Assembly: GCF_001194135.2 (NCBI RefSeq)
Contig: NC_068990.1
Span: 63,171,034 to 63,227,414 of the forward strand
Source: Octopus bimaculoides
Lineage: Eukaryota
Direction of reading: 5' to 3'
Length of the DNA stretch: 56,381 nt
This document shows, piece after piece, positions 1 through 12,512 of this stretch. The notes under the pieces are model-generated. The model ran no database searches, was not told where the DNA came from, and saw only the letters and a program-made list of their open reading frames with translations. The first letter of the stretch is position 1. The number at the start of each line of letters is the position of its first letter. The translations under genes and the position numbers were made by a program.

Positions 1-67
<67 letters not shown>

Positions 68-70
68 GCA
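1..70. repeat. (TA)n microsatellite
   Basis: Direct: near-pure TA dinucleotide run with occasional TG. Confidence 0.95.
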
Positions 71-416
71 TATATGTATTATATACATATATGTATTATA
101 TACATATATACATTGAATATATATAAAGAGAGAGAAAGCGGGAAAAAGAGAAATATACGCATGTGTGTCTGTGACAGTGTTCGCGCGGGCGCCTGTGTGT
201 TTGCGTGCTCGCATATTATATCTTTTTGCGCGCGCGTGTGTGTAAACGTCATGCTTATCTGGTACTTTTCGCATCCTCGTAGACATAGCTTTTGTCCTTT
301 GTGTGGCAGCCTGGACAAGTGTCTGCTACTATATGTAGACTAAGTAAAATAGCAAGAGGCAAGTTACGTAGAAGTCAATCGTATATTAGTAATAATAATA
401 GTTTTTATTATAATCT

Positions 417-616
417 GTGAGCTGGCAGAAGCGTTAGCGTGTCGAACGAAACACTGCGTGACTGTTCTTTATGTTCTAAATCCAATTTCCGCCGAGTTAG
501 ACATTGCGTTTCATCCTTTCTGGGTCGATAAAAAATAAAAAAAACAAGCACCGAGACCAATGTAATCTTTTTACCCAAACCCCTAAAATTTCTGCCCTTG
601 TGCCAAAATTTGAAAG
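417..616 (+). mobile_element. SINE family A copy (tRNA-derived, octopus-type), diverged
   Basis: Shares the head gagctggcagaa.cgttagc, core tttcatccttt..gggtcgataa and tail ccttgtgccaaaatttgaaa with about 12 other copies in the window. Confidence 0.8.
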
Positions 617-629
617 TTTTATTAATATT

Positions 630-822
630 ATTCTTAAATTTTGATTGAAGGGTTAGGTCGATTACATCGAGTTCAGTGATCAAATGTACGTATTTTACCG
701 AAACTGAAAGGATGAAAGATAAAGTCATCCTCTGAGGAATTTGAACTCAGAACGTCATCACGGATGAAATACTACTAAGCATTTTACATGGTGTGCTAAC
801 GATTCTGCCAGCTCGTCGCCTT
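630..822 (-). mobile_element. SINE family A copy
   Basis: Reverse complement of the family A head (gtgctaacgattctgccagctcgtcgcctt) and core (gaaaggatgaaag...ggaatttgaactcagaacgt). Confidence 0.8.
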
Positions 823-855
823 TGAAAAAAAAAAAAAGTCATTATTGATATTATA

Positions 856-1032
856 AAGTCGGCGTGTCGGAAGAATCTTCAGTGCATCGCACAAAATATT
901 TAGCGATATTTCCTCCGGCTCCTTACGCTGTGAATTAAAATGCTGCTTAGGTCTTTTTTCTTTTATTTCGGGGTAGATAAAGTAAAGTACCGTTCAAGTG
1001 TGGGAATCGATGTATGCGATTAACAACCTCCC
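856..1032 (+). mobile_element. SINE family A copy, highly degenerate
   Basis: Residual motifs tttagcgatattt, tttcggggtagataaa and tcgatgtatgcgatt are collinear with family A. Confidence 0.55.
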
Positions 1033-1107
1033 TTTAAAGAATTATTGGCCTCGTGCCACAATTTGAAACAATTATCATCATCAAAAACATCCTCATTATC
1101 ATCTTCC

Positions 1108-1179
<72 letters not shown>
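1108..1179. repeat. (AGT)n microsatellite
   Basis: Direct; the source of the poly-S/V/L pseudo-ORFs. Confidence 0.95.
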
Positions 1180-3086
1180 ATAGCGGTGGCAGCAGCAGCA
1201 GGTATAGTAACAATAAAACTGATATCTGTACATAGAAAGTTAGCAATAACTGTAGTAGCAGCTCTTCTGAAAGCTACAACAATAGTCAGTGTAGTTTATG
1301 TATCAAGTCTTGAAGCAAGACAATAGTTATTTTCTAGTCATCTATAGTAAACATTCTTTTACCCTTGCAAACAAAAAGTCTGTCAATTTGATAGCAGCAC
1401 AATTACACTGTTGTCTGTTGTTTTGCAATCACAAAATAACAAAAGTGCCGCCAATATGATTAGGGGACTCACTGCAAAGCAGATCATTTATTGGCTAAAA
1501 TCGATTTTAAAATAGCCAGACCAATGATTTGTCCAAATTAAAATGGTTAAATGTAAAGAGAAATAAAAGAATTAATTAAATCAGTTTCGAGCAAATGATA
1601 GTAATAAAAGGTAGGCCATTTCTAAAGAAACAGAGCAACCGATTTAGGTTTGAACCTAGTGTTTGAGGGACTTTGTGAAAAGACAACTGTTCTCAACCAT
1701 AACAAATTGAATAGAAATGAATTGAACTTTTTGTAAAGCGTAACATATATAATGAATGAGGTTAGAATGAAAAGGATAGCTGAGGTTTTGAATGAAACAA
1801 GCTAAGTTCCCGCCCCCAGTTTTATATAATATATTTAGAATAAAGAAATGAAACAGTTTATATCTGGAATGTCACAGTTAAATACTTGATTGAATATCAT
1901 AAACATTAAGATAACAGACAAGGTTAAAAAGACACGTGAATCAGAACAATTCATTTAAGTGTTTTATTTATTTGTTTATATGTTTGCTGTGGTAGTCGAT
2001 TGGTTTGTCGTTTGACATCGTTAGACTGGCCAAACAAAAGAGAACATTGATTGTAGGTGTGTAGAAGTTGTGTTGGCCTTACCAAACAAAACTGATTATA
2101 TTGTGAGCCGCAGATTAATTATCAGTTATCAATAGCAGAGAAAATGTCTATAGAAAGAGAATTAAGTACACGTTTACGAAGAAGCCAGAAGTAAGCCAAT
2201 ATAACAATCGAAATTCAAAGAGATACCTTCGACTACGCAAGATATAATAATATTTACAGTAAAATAAAATTACAACATAAACAGGGAATTTGTTATTATC
2301 TATCTAATTTTTTTTACAATATAAAAGAAAATACTCCTATCTTTGTGAATAAATAATGAAGGACAATCATTTTATAAATGTAAATATACATAACTGAGCA
2401 ATATACAAGCAAAATGTCCGGCTCAATCGAGAGCTGTAGCCACACAGACGATAGCAATACAGTGAAGTGATCTACCTTAAGTTAAGTCAGAGCAAAATGT
2501 TTTATATCGAGAACCTAATAGAAACACAATTGCTGATAAAAAAAAACCTAGGGAGAAAGTCCATAATTATTTTAAGCACTTGTACGGAATTGTCTCATTT
2601 CGGAGAAAGAATAGTCGCGCCTCATTGGTTTGTATAGTAAATTATAAACATTTACAAACACGTCTAAAACCGGTATCACGTCAAAATTATTTTAAATGCA
2701 GCGTTGATGAATAGAGGAAGGAGAAAATGGGAGAGATATGTGAGAAGAATCGGAATAGGAGCGAAAGGAGGGACAACAGGAATGTCGAAAAATAATAAGT
2801 GAGAGTGAGGATTAATGATGGAGAAGGATTAGAAGGAAGAACAGTGGTAAAAAAAAAATATGAATGGAAAGTGAGAAGAATTGACAGTAAAGATGTGAAA
2901 AAGAATGTAGTCGTTTGGGAGACTTAGTAGGAGGAGTGGTAGTTGAAGGAATATGTGAAAGACATGAAGAGATATAGGGAAAGTAAATTATGAAAATAAT
3001 TAAATTTTACAAATTGTTGCGTCTTTGCCTATTAGAATTGCTATTGATACTCCCAACAGCAGCAGCAGCAACAGAGGAGGAGGCAG

Positions 3087-3195
3087 AGAAGAAGAAGAAG
3101 AAGAAGAAGAAGAAGAAGAAGAAGAAGAAGAAGAAGAAGAAGAAGAAGAAGAAGAAGAAGAAGAAGAAGAAGAAGAAGAATAAGAAGAAGAAGAA
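3087..3195. repeat. (AAG)n microsatellite followed by (GGA)n-rich tract
   Basis: Direct; the source of the poly-K/F/S pseudo-ORFs. Confidence 0.95.
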
Positions 3196-4479
3196 GTGGA
3201 GGAGGAGAAGGAGGAGAAGGAGGAGCGGTGGCAACAGCATTGTAAGCAGTATAAATTGCACCCGAAGTGTGTAACTGAATCGTTCTTCAAATATCAATAT
3301 CAGTGTGTTATAAAAAAAAAAGGAAAGCAAAAGAATTACATCGACAAATGTTCTAATCGATACGATCGTTCTCGTTTGACTTTCTCCTTTTGGCCCTGGT
3401 TGCACTATCATAGAAGAATCCATGTAAGTAGAAAGTACTGTTCAATATTCCGAGCGATTTAGTTATATGAACTTCATCAGGAAACGAGAACATTATTGCA
3501 AACAGAGCCATGCGTTGGATCACATTCTACCTGATGAATCGGAACCTAATCAGAGAATAGAACGAACAATATCCACAAATATAGTCGGAGTAAACAGACA
3601 AGAGAAAAAATCCTAATATCAAATATTTAACAAACGTGATCGCTTACTTCGTTCGATCGTTGCTTCGATGTATCAATAGTATCACTGGGTCACAAACAAT
3701 TCCTAACGTTTCTGTTATTGGACAAGAAACTTTGCTCGATAAAAAGTGAATTCTCAGCTTACACGATATGGATTTCATTTAAAAATAATCTTAAAGCTCA
3801 ATGAAACAGAGTCGTATTAATAATTATTTTTAACATAAGCACAAGGCTGGATATGTAAAGTAGGGGGTTTATAAGGGGTTGAATAAATTGAGGAAAATAC
3901 TACTTTGGCAGGCGTATTAACTTCCTCGGTTGATCACAGCTCAAAATAACGTAAATACGTAAATGGATGCAACTAAATACCGCGATTACTTACCCAGATC
4001 TGATATCACTACTAACTGCTTGTAACTTAAGCTTTATGCCACATATTTAGTGGGAGAGAACAATCCAGAATATTCCATTAAATTGACCTCAACGCTTTGA
4101 ATGAAGGATGAAATTAAAAACATGTCCGCAACTGGATTCGAACTTTAAATGGCGAGATTCAGAGTTGCAAACAAAATAGTACAATAGTCACATCGCTCTA
4201 CCAACTCATCCATCCAGGATAGTTGCACCACGTTATTGTCTTACCGCCCACACATTCGAAATGCAATATATCAATCGGCTGAAAACGCAACTATGAAGGT
4301 GTAAGTAACTGGTCACTAGATACAACCTTGGACATTTTTTGCTCTGATCACCTTCTGCAGACCGGGTTCTCAAAGTCTTTCCTGTGACATCTGCTATCAT
4401 TTCCCATTTGCGACGCCTTCCACATTCAGTTGTAATAATATTTTCGTGTTTTCACCGGCACTATATCCCTTCGTGTTTA

Positions 4480-5450
4480 CGTTTATTTATACACCATCTG
4501 CACTTCAATCAGGTTAGTAATCCCGTTGTCCTCCTTCGAATCATTCAGCATCTCTTTTAGATTCTCGTTACAGACTCAGATAAGCGTGAATCATAAATAT
4601 TGCAGAGGGAATGGAACGCATCCGTGGACTGATATCAATCTACTATCTTCTTTTCTTTTCAATTTTTGCTATGAGTTTTCGCTTCTACTATATCTTCGTA
4701 ATGCCTCAGACGTTTCCCAAAATTTCTTCAGGTCTCATTTCTTTCCCTTACCTGCACAACAATGGGTTGGGCTCCTGTTTGGAGCTTCAATGCGGCACTC
4801 TGCCTATCCTTTTCAGTGCCGAGCTATCATGCTCTGGCCATCCTTAAAACTGCAACTGGTGGTGCTGTTGGAACAACGACTGAAGATTTTTCTGTAAGCA
4901 ATTGTTTTTGTTGCTGCATTTGCCAGTGTCTACCTTTCTACGTTTACATTTTTTCTTCTGGACAGAATGCTTCAAGAGACGTTTACTGCCACATGCGTAG
5001 AGCATCGGTCTTATTTGCCCCCAGAAGTCTTATTTTCACCCTATCCGTTCCCACAATCGCAGATTTCTCTTTCACCGAAAATCAATAAAGATTGGAAGCC
5101 CATGCAGATTTTACACCTCATGACTACATACATATTATTCCTATGTGAAAAACCAGCTCACCGGCTTATAGTAGTGAACTGCAAAAGTAATGACAAACTA
5201 AGTAAACGTTATTACCAATACCTCTAGCTATGAATCACATATTCCGTTCATGTTTCTGCGGAGACATCAATCAGTGAGCTTTGTGTGGTTCAACTGTTCT
5301 GCGTGTATCCTTGTCTCATCTCTTTTTTTGGTTTGAAAGATTGTGTTCTTCCTCGGTCAAAAAAGAACACATTATACTATACTTCGTCCAGAGATCTCTC
5401 AATAATTCTCTCGGAAGCAAACGAAAATCCTCTCCAGTAATAGTAAAGTA
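4480..5450 (-). mobile_element. Heavily decayed RTE-type LINE reverse transcriptase remnant
   Basis: Minus-strand frame fragments YNVFFFDRGRTQSFKPKKEMRQG (RQG motif of RT domain 4), KSSVVVPTA... and KIVD*YQSTDAFHSLCNIYDSRLSESVTRI*KRC*MIRRRTTG resemble the RT-to-C-terminal layout of RTE LINEs; many stops and frameshifts. Confidence 0.45.
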
Positions 5451-5846
5451 CCGTATATGAACTTCCTCTTGCGCGTTCCTCCTTACGTTCTTCGAACAAT
5501 AAAGTTCTGTTTTTTTTTTTTGTTTTTTTTTCACGAACATTAATTCATACCATCTCCTTTGCTTCGAGCTGCATCATATGTAAAAAACTCGTTGTGCCCT
5601 ATAATATTAGTAACAGCAGATGGGTTGTTGAAGATTTTTATTAATAGTGCGATAGTTATGTTAATGATTTATTTCCGTTTAAAATAAGGATTTTAACTAT
5701 GAACTGAATAAAATTGAAGAAGTTAATAGCATTATCTCATTAATTAGAAAACATGAACAGAATTCTTTTAATAAATATACTGAACTTTATCGTCTCCTCT
5801 TTAACAAATATCAGCAGAATTATTTGTCATTATCCTCAATATAATC

Positions 5847-6000
5847 AAGGCAGCGAGCTGACAGAATCGCTATTACGCCGGACAAAATGCTTAGCGGTAT
5901 TTCGTCTATCTTTACGTTCTGATTCAAATTCCACCGAGGCTCACTTTACTTTTCATCATTTCGGAGTCGATGAAATAAGTACGACTTGAACACTGGTGGC
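5847..6000 (+). mobile_element. SINE family A copy (3' truncated)
   Basis: aaggcagcgagctgacagaatcg...aaaatgcttagcggtatttcgtctatctttacgttctga matches the family A head and core. Confidence 0.85.
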
Positions 6001-6065
6001 CATGTAATCAAAAATTCCCCGCCACAGGCTTTGAACCTACTGTAGAAAGGTTTATTATCTATATA

Positions 6066-6180
6066 CGAGGGGTGTATGAAAAGTTTTGAGCCTCAAAAAA
6101 AAACAAAAAAAAAAACATGGTGCAAGATTTCTGATGAAGGTACAAGACTTCAAGGCTCAAAACATTTCATACACCTCTCG
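6066..6180. mobile_element. 115-bp mariner-type MITE
   Basis: 28-bp TIRs cgaggggtgtatgaaaagttttgagcct (6066-6093) and its reverse complement at 6153-6180 (26/28 match), flanked by TA on both sides (6064-6065, 6181-6182). Confidence 0.85.
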
Positions 6181-6305
6181 TAATAAGCATGTTGATCAAC
6201 AGCATAATTGACTGCAATGAAAATCATTACTAAAATGCTGCATTGTTTGATCTCCACCCAAATTTCTTTTCTCGTATAGTACTTGAGTGAGATTTCTGAA
6301 ATGGA

Positions 6306-6306
<1 letters not shown>

Positions 6307-6359
<53 letters not shown>

Positions 6360-6360
6360 C

Positions 6361-6407
<47 letters not shown>

Positions 6408-6408
6408 C

Positions 6409-6440
<32 letters not shown>

Positions 6441-6450
6441 TCATCTATCT
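6307..6450. repeat. (ATCT)n microsatellite
   Basis: Direct. Confidence 0.95.
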
Positions 6451-6491
6451 ACCTACAAGTATATATTTACGTGTGTTAGTATTTGTACCAT

Positions 6492-6586
6492 ACCATCGCC
6501 TGGCAGCCGGTACTGGTTTGTTTACGTCCCTTAAGTTATTGCTTCGACATAAGAGACCGATTGAATATGTATCGGGTTTTAAAAAC
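6492..6586 (+). mobile_element. SINE family B 3' fragment
   Basis: ccatcgcctggcagccggtactggtttgtttacgtccc matches the post-microsatellite segment of family B. Confidence 0.6.
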
Positions 6587-6957
6587 AATATAAAGCTGTA
6601 TTCCATTATCACAACCTGAAGCTTGTTTCTATAACGGTGACTATTCTAGAAGATTTAATTATCCTAAGCTTATTCATGACACATATCCTGACAAATTTTA
6701 TTGGGATCCGTTAGTCGATGAGTCACACCTATGATTTATGGAATCACTACAGCCATTCATTTGACGAATTAGTCGGTGTGCACTTCAGATCACAAGTTCG
6801 TTCATGTCAAGAAAAGTTTACAAATATACTATATTAATTGATTTTCATTGTGATTGAATACTGATTTATGTTATGCAATAAATAATATTAGGACTTTATT
6901 ATCTATGTATATGTAATTGTGCCTGCGAATATGTGTGTATGTGTGAGTGTAGTGTGT

Positions 6958-6959
<2 letters not shown>

Positions 6960-7049
<90 letters not shown>

Positions 7050-7404
7050 GCATAACACACAAGTGAGTGGACAAAGGAAAGAAAAAAAAGCACTCAACAC
7101 AATTTACTAAGAGTTACATGTATTATTTAAAACATTTTAATTCAGTCTCCATGCGATTTAAAGCGTCGTGGGACTTTAACAGAAACCCTTCACTTTCAGG
7201 CTTACATCACCGAATGAAAAAACACAGAAAGACCAAGATGGACGATTTTCCGGTAGCCATCTCTGACATATTGTATATCTCCATTCGGTAATCTAAGCCT
7301 AAATAAGACCGGTCTCTGTTAGTGGGCCGCGAATTTTAAAGTTGCATGGAGCCGAATCGAACTGTTTCTTACACAGACACACACACAAACACACACACAA
7401 ACAC

Positions 7405-7439
<35 letters not shown>

Positions 7440-7460
7440 CACTCACACACACACACAGAC
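6960..7460. repeat. (CA)n/(TA)n microsatellites (6960-7042 and 7372-7460)
   Basis: Direct; two tracts separated by unique sequence. Confidence 0.9.
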
Positions 7461-7627
7461 ACATATATTACATACATATACATATATACGTAAACAGATT
7501 CATATATACACATGTCTATATAGTCACCGAGGCAGAGTACCCGTATATTACACATGACAAAGATATTTTATTGGGAGCCTTCATCATTATCCAAGCTAAT
7601 GCAAGAACAAACACAATATTATCTATA

Positions 7628-8075
7628 GACGCGGATGTGCATGTATGGTTCAGAAGCTCGTTTCCAAACATTCTCGACTCCTTGGGCCTTTTAATACAAT
7701 ACCAGACTGACCAAAGCCTTGTGAGCGGATGTGGTATACGGAAACTGAAAGAAGCCCGTTAAATGCATTTATACATGTGTGTGCATGTATGTGTGTATGT
7801 CTCTCTCTCTCTCGCTCTCTCTCCCCCTCTCTCTCTCCCTCTCTCCCTCTCCCCCCTCTCTCTCTCTCTCTCTTTTTGTGTTAGTGTTTCAATAGTGTTT
7901 GTCTCTGCTATTGCTTTACAATTGATGTTAGTCATTTTGCGTCCTCGATTCGGCAAAATTGACCGACTGAATGTGTACCAAATTTAAAGTTAAGTACTTG
8001 GGTAGTTTTGTTCGACGAAATTTCTTCATGATGGTACTCCAGCATGGCCGTAGTCCAATGACAGGAACAAGTAAA
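7628..8075 (+). mobile_element. SINE family B copy with internal (TC)n tract
   Basis: Head and central gaccaaagccttgtgagcggatgtggtatacggaaactgaaagaagcccg; tail ctccagcatggccgtagtccaatgacaggaacaagtaaa. Confidence 0.75.
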
Positions 8076-8361
8076 CCAAATATCTCCTCCAGTAGACCAG
8101 TGTATAAATACCACAGTGGTAAAAATACATAGCAGGTCTGACTTTTATCTCAACTGTGCTTTAACGAACCATAGAATAAATATAGGATTCATCCTAATTG
8201 ACACGTTTGCATGCCGTTACACGTCTGTTTAATTATTTGGGCCATTGTATGGAAGCCATTGATGCGGAGTTGCTGTTTATTTGGATGTAAAGTTACATCT
8301 GTAATTTGGTGAATCGTAAATACTTTAGGTTTATGTGAAGTTCCGGGGAAACTCTCTTCAG

Positions 8362-8446
8362 GTCAGAGGATAAAACACACGTGCTTCATGACAAAAGTTT
8401 TAGTACACTTATGTGTTGAAGGAGGGTTTACACTATGCCCTTACTG
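8362..8446 (+). CDS. Candidate internal exon (unknown product), (x)QRIKHTCFMTKVLVHLCVEGGFTLCPY
   Basis: Acceptor ctctcttcag at 8361, donor G|GTGAGT at 8446/8447, open frame, located in a non-repetitive block. No recognisable homology. Confidence 0.2.
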
Positions 8447-9946
8447 GTGAGTATGTGGTACATGTATATCTACCTTCGAATACATACTAATATAGACATA
8501 TGAATATGTAAGTATGTGCGTGTGTCTGTGCGTGCGGTGGGTGTGCGTGTGCGCACATGTGTGCGTACTTATACTCGCACTGTTGGTTGGTTACCGAATC
8601 CCTTGAGTTCATCTGTGCGTGGATGTATATGTATATATATATGTATAAATACATACATTCATACATATACACACACAGGGACACAGACATAGATATAACA
8701 GGAAATAATAAACACTTTCCCAGTGGTCCTGAGAAAAAGTCTATCATGCAAAGCGAATTAACAAGAATGCTGGAGAAAAATGAAAAAAAATATCACGTTT
8801 AGATCAATAATTTGGTGAAAACTTGGAGCAGCTATAAAACGTTGTCTATTTATATAGAGATACAATACGTATCATGCAGAACCATTCTCCAAAAAACATA
8901 TTTCTTCCGGTCAAATACACACGTGTGATATGAAAGCTTCATCAACAAGGGAATGAAAAATACTATATTCATTCACATATTTAACACAGCTGTTCATTTT
9001 CGCAGGTTTATTGTCGATTGTCCTAGTTCCAAGGATCTAAGCGCTGATGATAGATAACTTACTTTTAAGTTACCCACATCTTTTTTCACTGTCACGTTGT
9101 TTTACCAACTTGATTGCTCTAAATTAAATTGTTACATTTTTTATGACACAGGGGGACAGCTTGTCGGATGTTGCTAAATAAACAACTGAAAAAAATGAGG
9201 TGTAGAAATAGGTCTCCACATAACGTATTTCTATTGACGAAAATGAAACTTGACGTGGGACCTATTTTTCCATTTTTCATTTTGATCCCGTTTTTCTCAG
9301 TCGTGTATTTAGTGTCATCTCTTCTTCCTCTCTCTCTCTCTCCCTCACACACATATATACACGCAAGCACACACACAAGCAAAAAAATAAAACATACACA
9401 TATAATCACACATTTATGTATGTACGTCATTAATTAGTTTTATTTCAAGATTTCTTGCCAATAAAGAGCCGCTTTTCGAGGCTCTTTCTTTAGAATTTCA
9501 GCAACATCAATAGGGTATGTATGTATGTATGTATGTATGTGTGTATGTATGTATGTATGTATGTATGTATGCGTGCGTGTATGCATATTTATATATGTAC
9601 GTACGTATGTATGCATGCATGAAAATACACACAATGAAGGGATATATAGAATATCCCAGAAAGAGCTGTAAGACCTCTTTATAAATGTACTGAAATATTT
9701 CACAGCCTTGGATTTTTATCTCATTCTGTTAATTTTTTTATATATATGCATGCTAATATATGACCCACGTTGGCCTCCTCATTCGCATAATCACCGAACC
9801 TGGAGCTTAACTATAGTCTGTCCATAGCACTAACTCAGCATTACCTGACACCTTTGAGTCTTCTTGACATCATTATCTCTCATAACCTCTATATATATAT
9901 ATATATATACATGCACAGAGGCACAAACTCACAGGCGTGTACAATA

Positions 9947-10745
9947 CAGGGTACTATGGGTAAATTATCGTCATTTTAAACTCTTCAATTCGCGTTTGCG
10001 CTTTGTTTGGATTTTATTTTATCGACTATACAGTACGATAGGGACAGTTGGGCACCGTCTGTGAGAAAAACAGCACTACGACGCAATTCACTCTGTCAGA
10101 AACTTGGAAACGTCATGCCGTATTGCTTGATTCGCGCCAGAACTCCAGTACGAACATTTCAATCTGCGGACAATGTCAATCTCAGAACAATGCAATCTGA
10201 GGACATGTGCCGAGAGTGATAAAAATTAAACATCCAGTCAACATCATGATGTTTGGAGTGATCACTAGTGATGGCAACGTTTTGCTTCCATTCATCTTCC
10301 CATGCGGTCTAAGACTCAACACGGAAGCCTACATCAAGTGCCTGGAGGAGGTAGTGCTGCCCTGGGTCAAGATGGTGGCTGCTAGATGACCTTATGTCTA
10401 GCAACAGGACTCTACACCATGCCAAACAAGCAAGAGAATCCAGTAATGGTTTTCAGACAATTTCTGCGACCAGATCACTCTAAACATCTGGCCACCAAAC
10501 TCCCTAAACTGCAGGAGCACAGTTGAGCGAGAGACCAACAAAACTCCTTTTAATACCAAAGATCAACTGAAGGCAAGGATTATGGCAGCATTCACCAACT
10601 TAAGCAAGGAGACCGTCCAGAAGAGTTGCAGAAGATTCCGAGTCGTCTGGAGGCCGTGGTTGAAGCCAATCGCGTTTTTATTGAACAAATTTACTCTTTA
10701 GTTTTCATTCTTGATTAACTTAGACGACAATATATTCATGGCAGC

Positions 10746-10748
<3 letters not shown>
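9947..10748 (+). mobile_element. Internally deleted Tc1/mariner element of maT (DD37D) type
   Basis: Imperfect 27-bp TIRs (cagggtactatgggtaaattatcgtc vs revcomp caggctgccatgaatatattgtcgtc) after a TA. N-terminal remnant TQFTLSETWKRHAVLL is joined directly to the C-terminus KHPVNIMMFGVITSDGNVLLPFIFPCGLRLNTEAYIKCLEEVVLPW...QQDSTPCQT...NIWPPNS...KARIMAAFTNLSKETVQKSCRRF, with stops. Confidence 0.9.
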
Positions 10749-10749
<1 letters not shown>

Positions 10750-10828
<79 letters not shown>

Positions 10829-10830
10829 TA
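10750..10830. repeat. (TA)n/(GATA)n compound microsatellite
   Basis: Direct. Confidence 0.95.
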
Positions 10831-10838
10831 GATACAGT

Positions 10839-11245
10839 AGGCGGAGGAGTAACTGTGTGGTAAGAAGCGTTCTTCCTAATCACATGGTTGCAGGTTCAGT
10901 CCCACTGCGTGGCACCATGGGCTAGTGTCCTCTACTGCAGCCTCGGGCCGATAAAAACCTTCTGAGTAAATTTGGTAGACGGAAACTGAAAGAATATATG
11001 TATAGATGTATGTATGTATGTATATATGTATGTATGCATGTATGTATGCATGTATGTATGCATTTGTGTGCCTATGTTTGTCACCGCTCCATCGCCTGAC
11101 AACCGATATTGGTGTGTTTACGTTCCTGTAACCGAGCAGTTCGGCAAAAACTTCCGATAGAATAAGAACTAGGCTTACAAAGAATAAGTCTTGGGGTTGA
11201 TTTGTTCGACTGAAGGCGGTGCTCCACCATGGCCGCAGTAAAAGA
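10839..11245 (+). mobile_element. SINE family B, near full length, internal (TATG)n
   Basis: tRNA-like head aggcggaggagtaactgtgtggtaagaag...ggttcagtcccactgcgtggcacc; tail ggcggtgctccaccatggccgcagt. Confidence 0.9.
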
Positions 11246-11419
11246 TTAGTGTAATGCATCATAATGAGACGTATTCCCGATTTGAAGCGACGACTTTTAA
11301 ATACAAGCAAATGACCGAAAAATGATGAGCTAACCCTAGGCTCTGTGGTTTGTTTAGAAATATTTCATATATATATACATACATACACACACATATATGT
11401 ACGTGTGTGTCTGTGCGTA

Positions 11420-11423
11420 TGTG

Positions 11424-11466
<43 letters not shown>

Positions 11467-11877
11467 GTGCGTGCGTGTGTGTGTGTGTGTGAGTGAGTGG
11501 GTGTGCTTGTGAATGTGCATGTGCGCCTACGTGTGTATACGTGTTCTGTATGTTTTATTTATCTAACGAAGATGAAAGAGCCGAGTGATCTGGGTTTTCG
11601 ACTAGGAGGTCATGTATTACGAGATAATATCTGCTGCAAGCCTTTCTAGGTGTTTGAGCAGATCGCATTCCTAAATACCACAGGTCGTAGATACATGTGG
11701 ATGAAATGTTCTAAGAGTATTATAGATAAAAACTTTATATCCATAGAGATACCGATCTCGCTACCGATTAGCCTAGCAGAGTCTAAAACAAGGAAGTAAC
11801 TACAAAACACCAGTCGCTTATTATATACAGATATTCATCATACTTATCTAAGTATGTAGATACACATGAACTGTGCA

Positions 11878-11940
<63 letters not shown>
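11420..11940. repeat. (GT)n tract (about 11420-11500) and (ATCT)n tract (11878-11940)
   Basis: Direct. Confidence 0.9.
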
Positions 11941-11941
<1 letters not shown>

Positions 11942-12297
11942 GGTTTGTCTGTCCCTCTGTCTGTCTGCCAGACTGTCTGTCTCTCCGCTCACTCTCTGTC
12001 GCTCTGTCTCTCTCTTTCGATTATATTATATTATATATGTACGTGTCTGTTTGTGTGTATATGTGTGTGTAGACACACACACTTATGTGGAGCAGTGAGA
12101 ATGAGTGCTCAACATCGCATTCATGGGCGAATATTATTTTAAATATGCTCCGACTTGTAAAGAATCTCTGCACATAAAACCATTGGTAGCGTTATTAACT
12201 TCGAAACAAACCACATACCCCCCCACACACACACACACATATTATAGACGGGAACCGTTCGACTTTGTATCCAAAAGGATTTTCAATCCAATATTCA

Positions 12298-12479
12298 NNN
12301 NNNNNNNNNNNNNNNNNNNNNNNNNNNNNNNNNNNNNNNNNNNNNNNNNNNNNNNNNNNNNNNNNNNNNNNNNNNNNNNNNNNNNNNNNNNNNNNNNNNN
12401 NNNNNNNNNNNNNNNNNNNNNNNNNNNNNNNNNNNNNNNNNNNNNNNNNNNNNNNNNNNNNNNNNNNNNNNNNNNNNNN
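12298..12479. other. Assembly gap (N)
   Basis: Direct. Confidence 1.

Positions 12480-12512
<33 letters not shown>

Noticed and set aside
3450-3565. Inverted ttcatcagg / cctgatgaa pair resembling two hammerhead cores
   Set aside because: Neither copy has a GAAA core with a valid stem III; too degenerate to call.
6131-6152. CTGATGA inside the 115-bp MITE
   Set aside because: No downstream GAAA or stem I/III.
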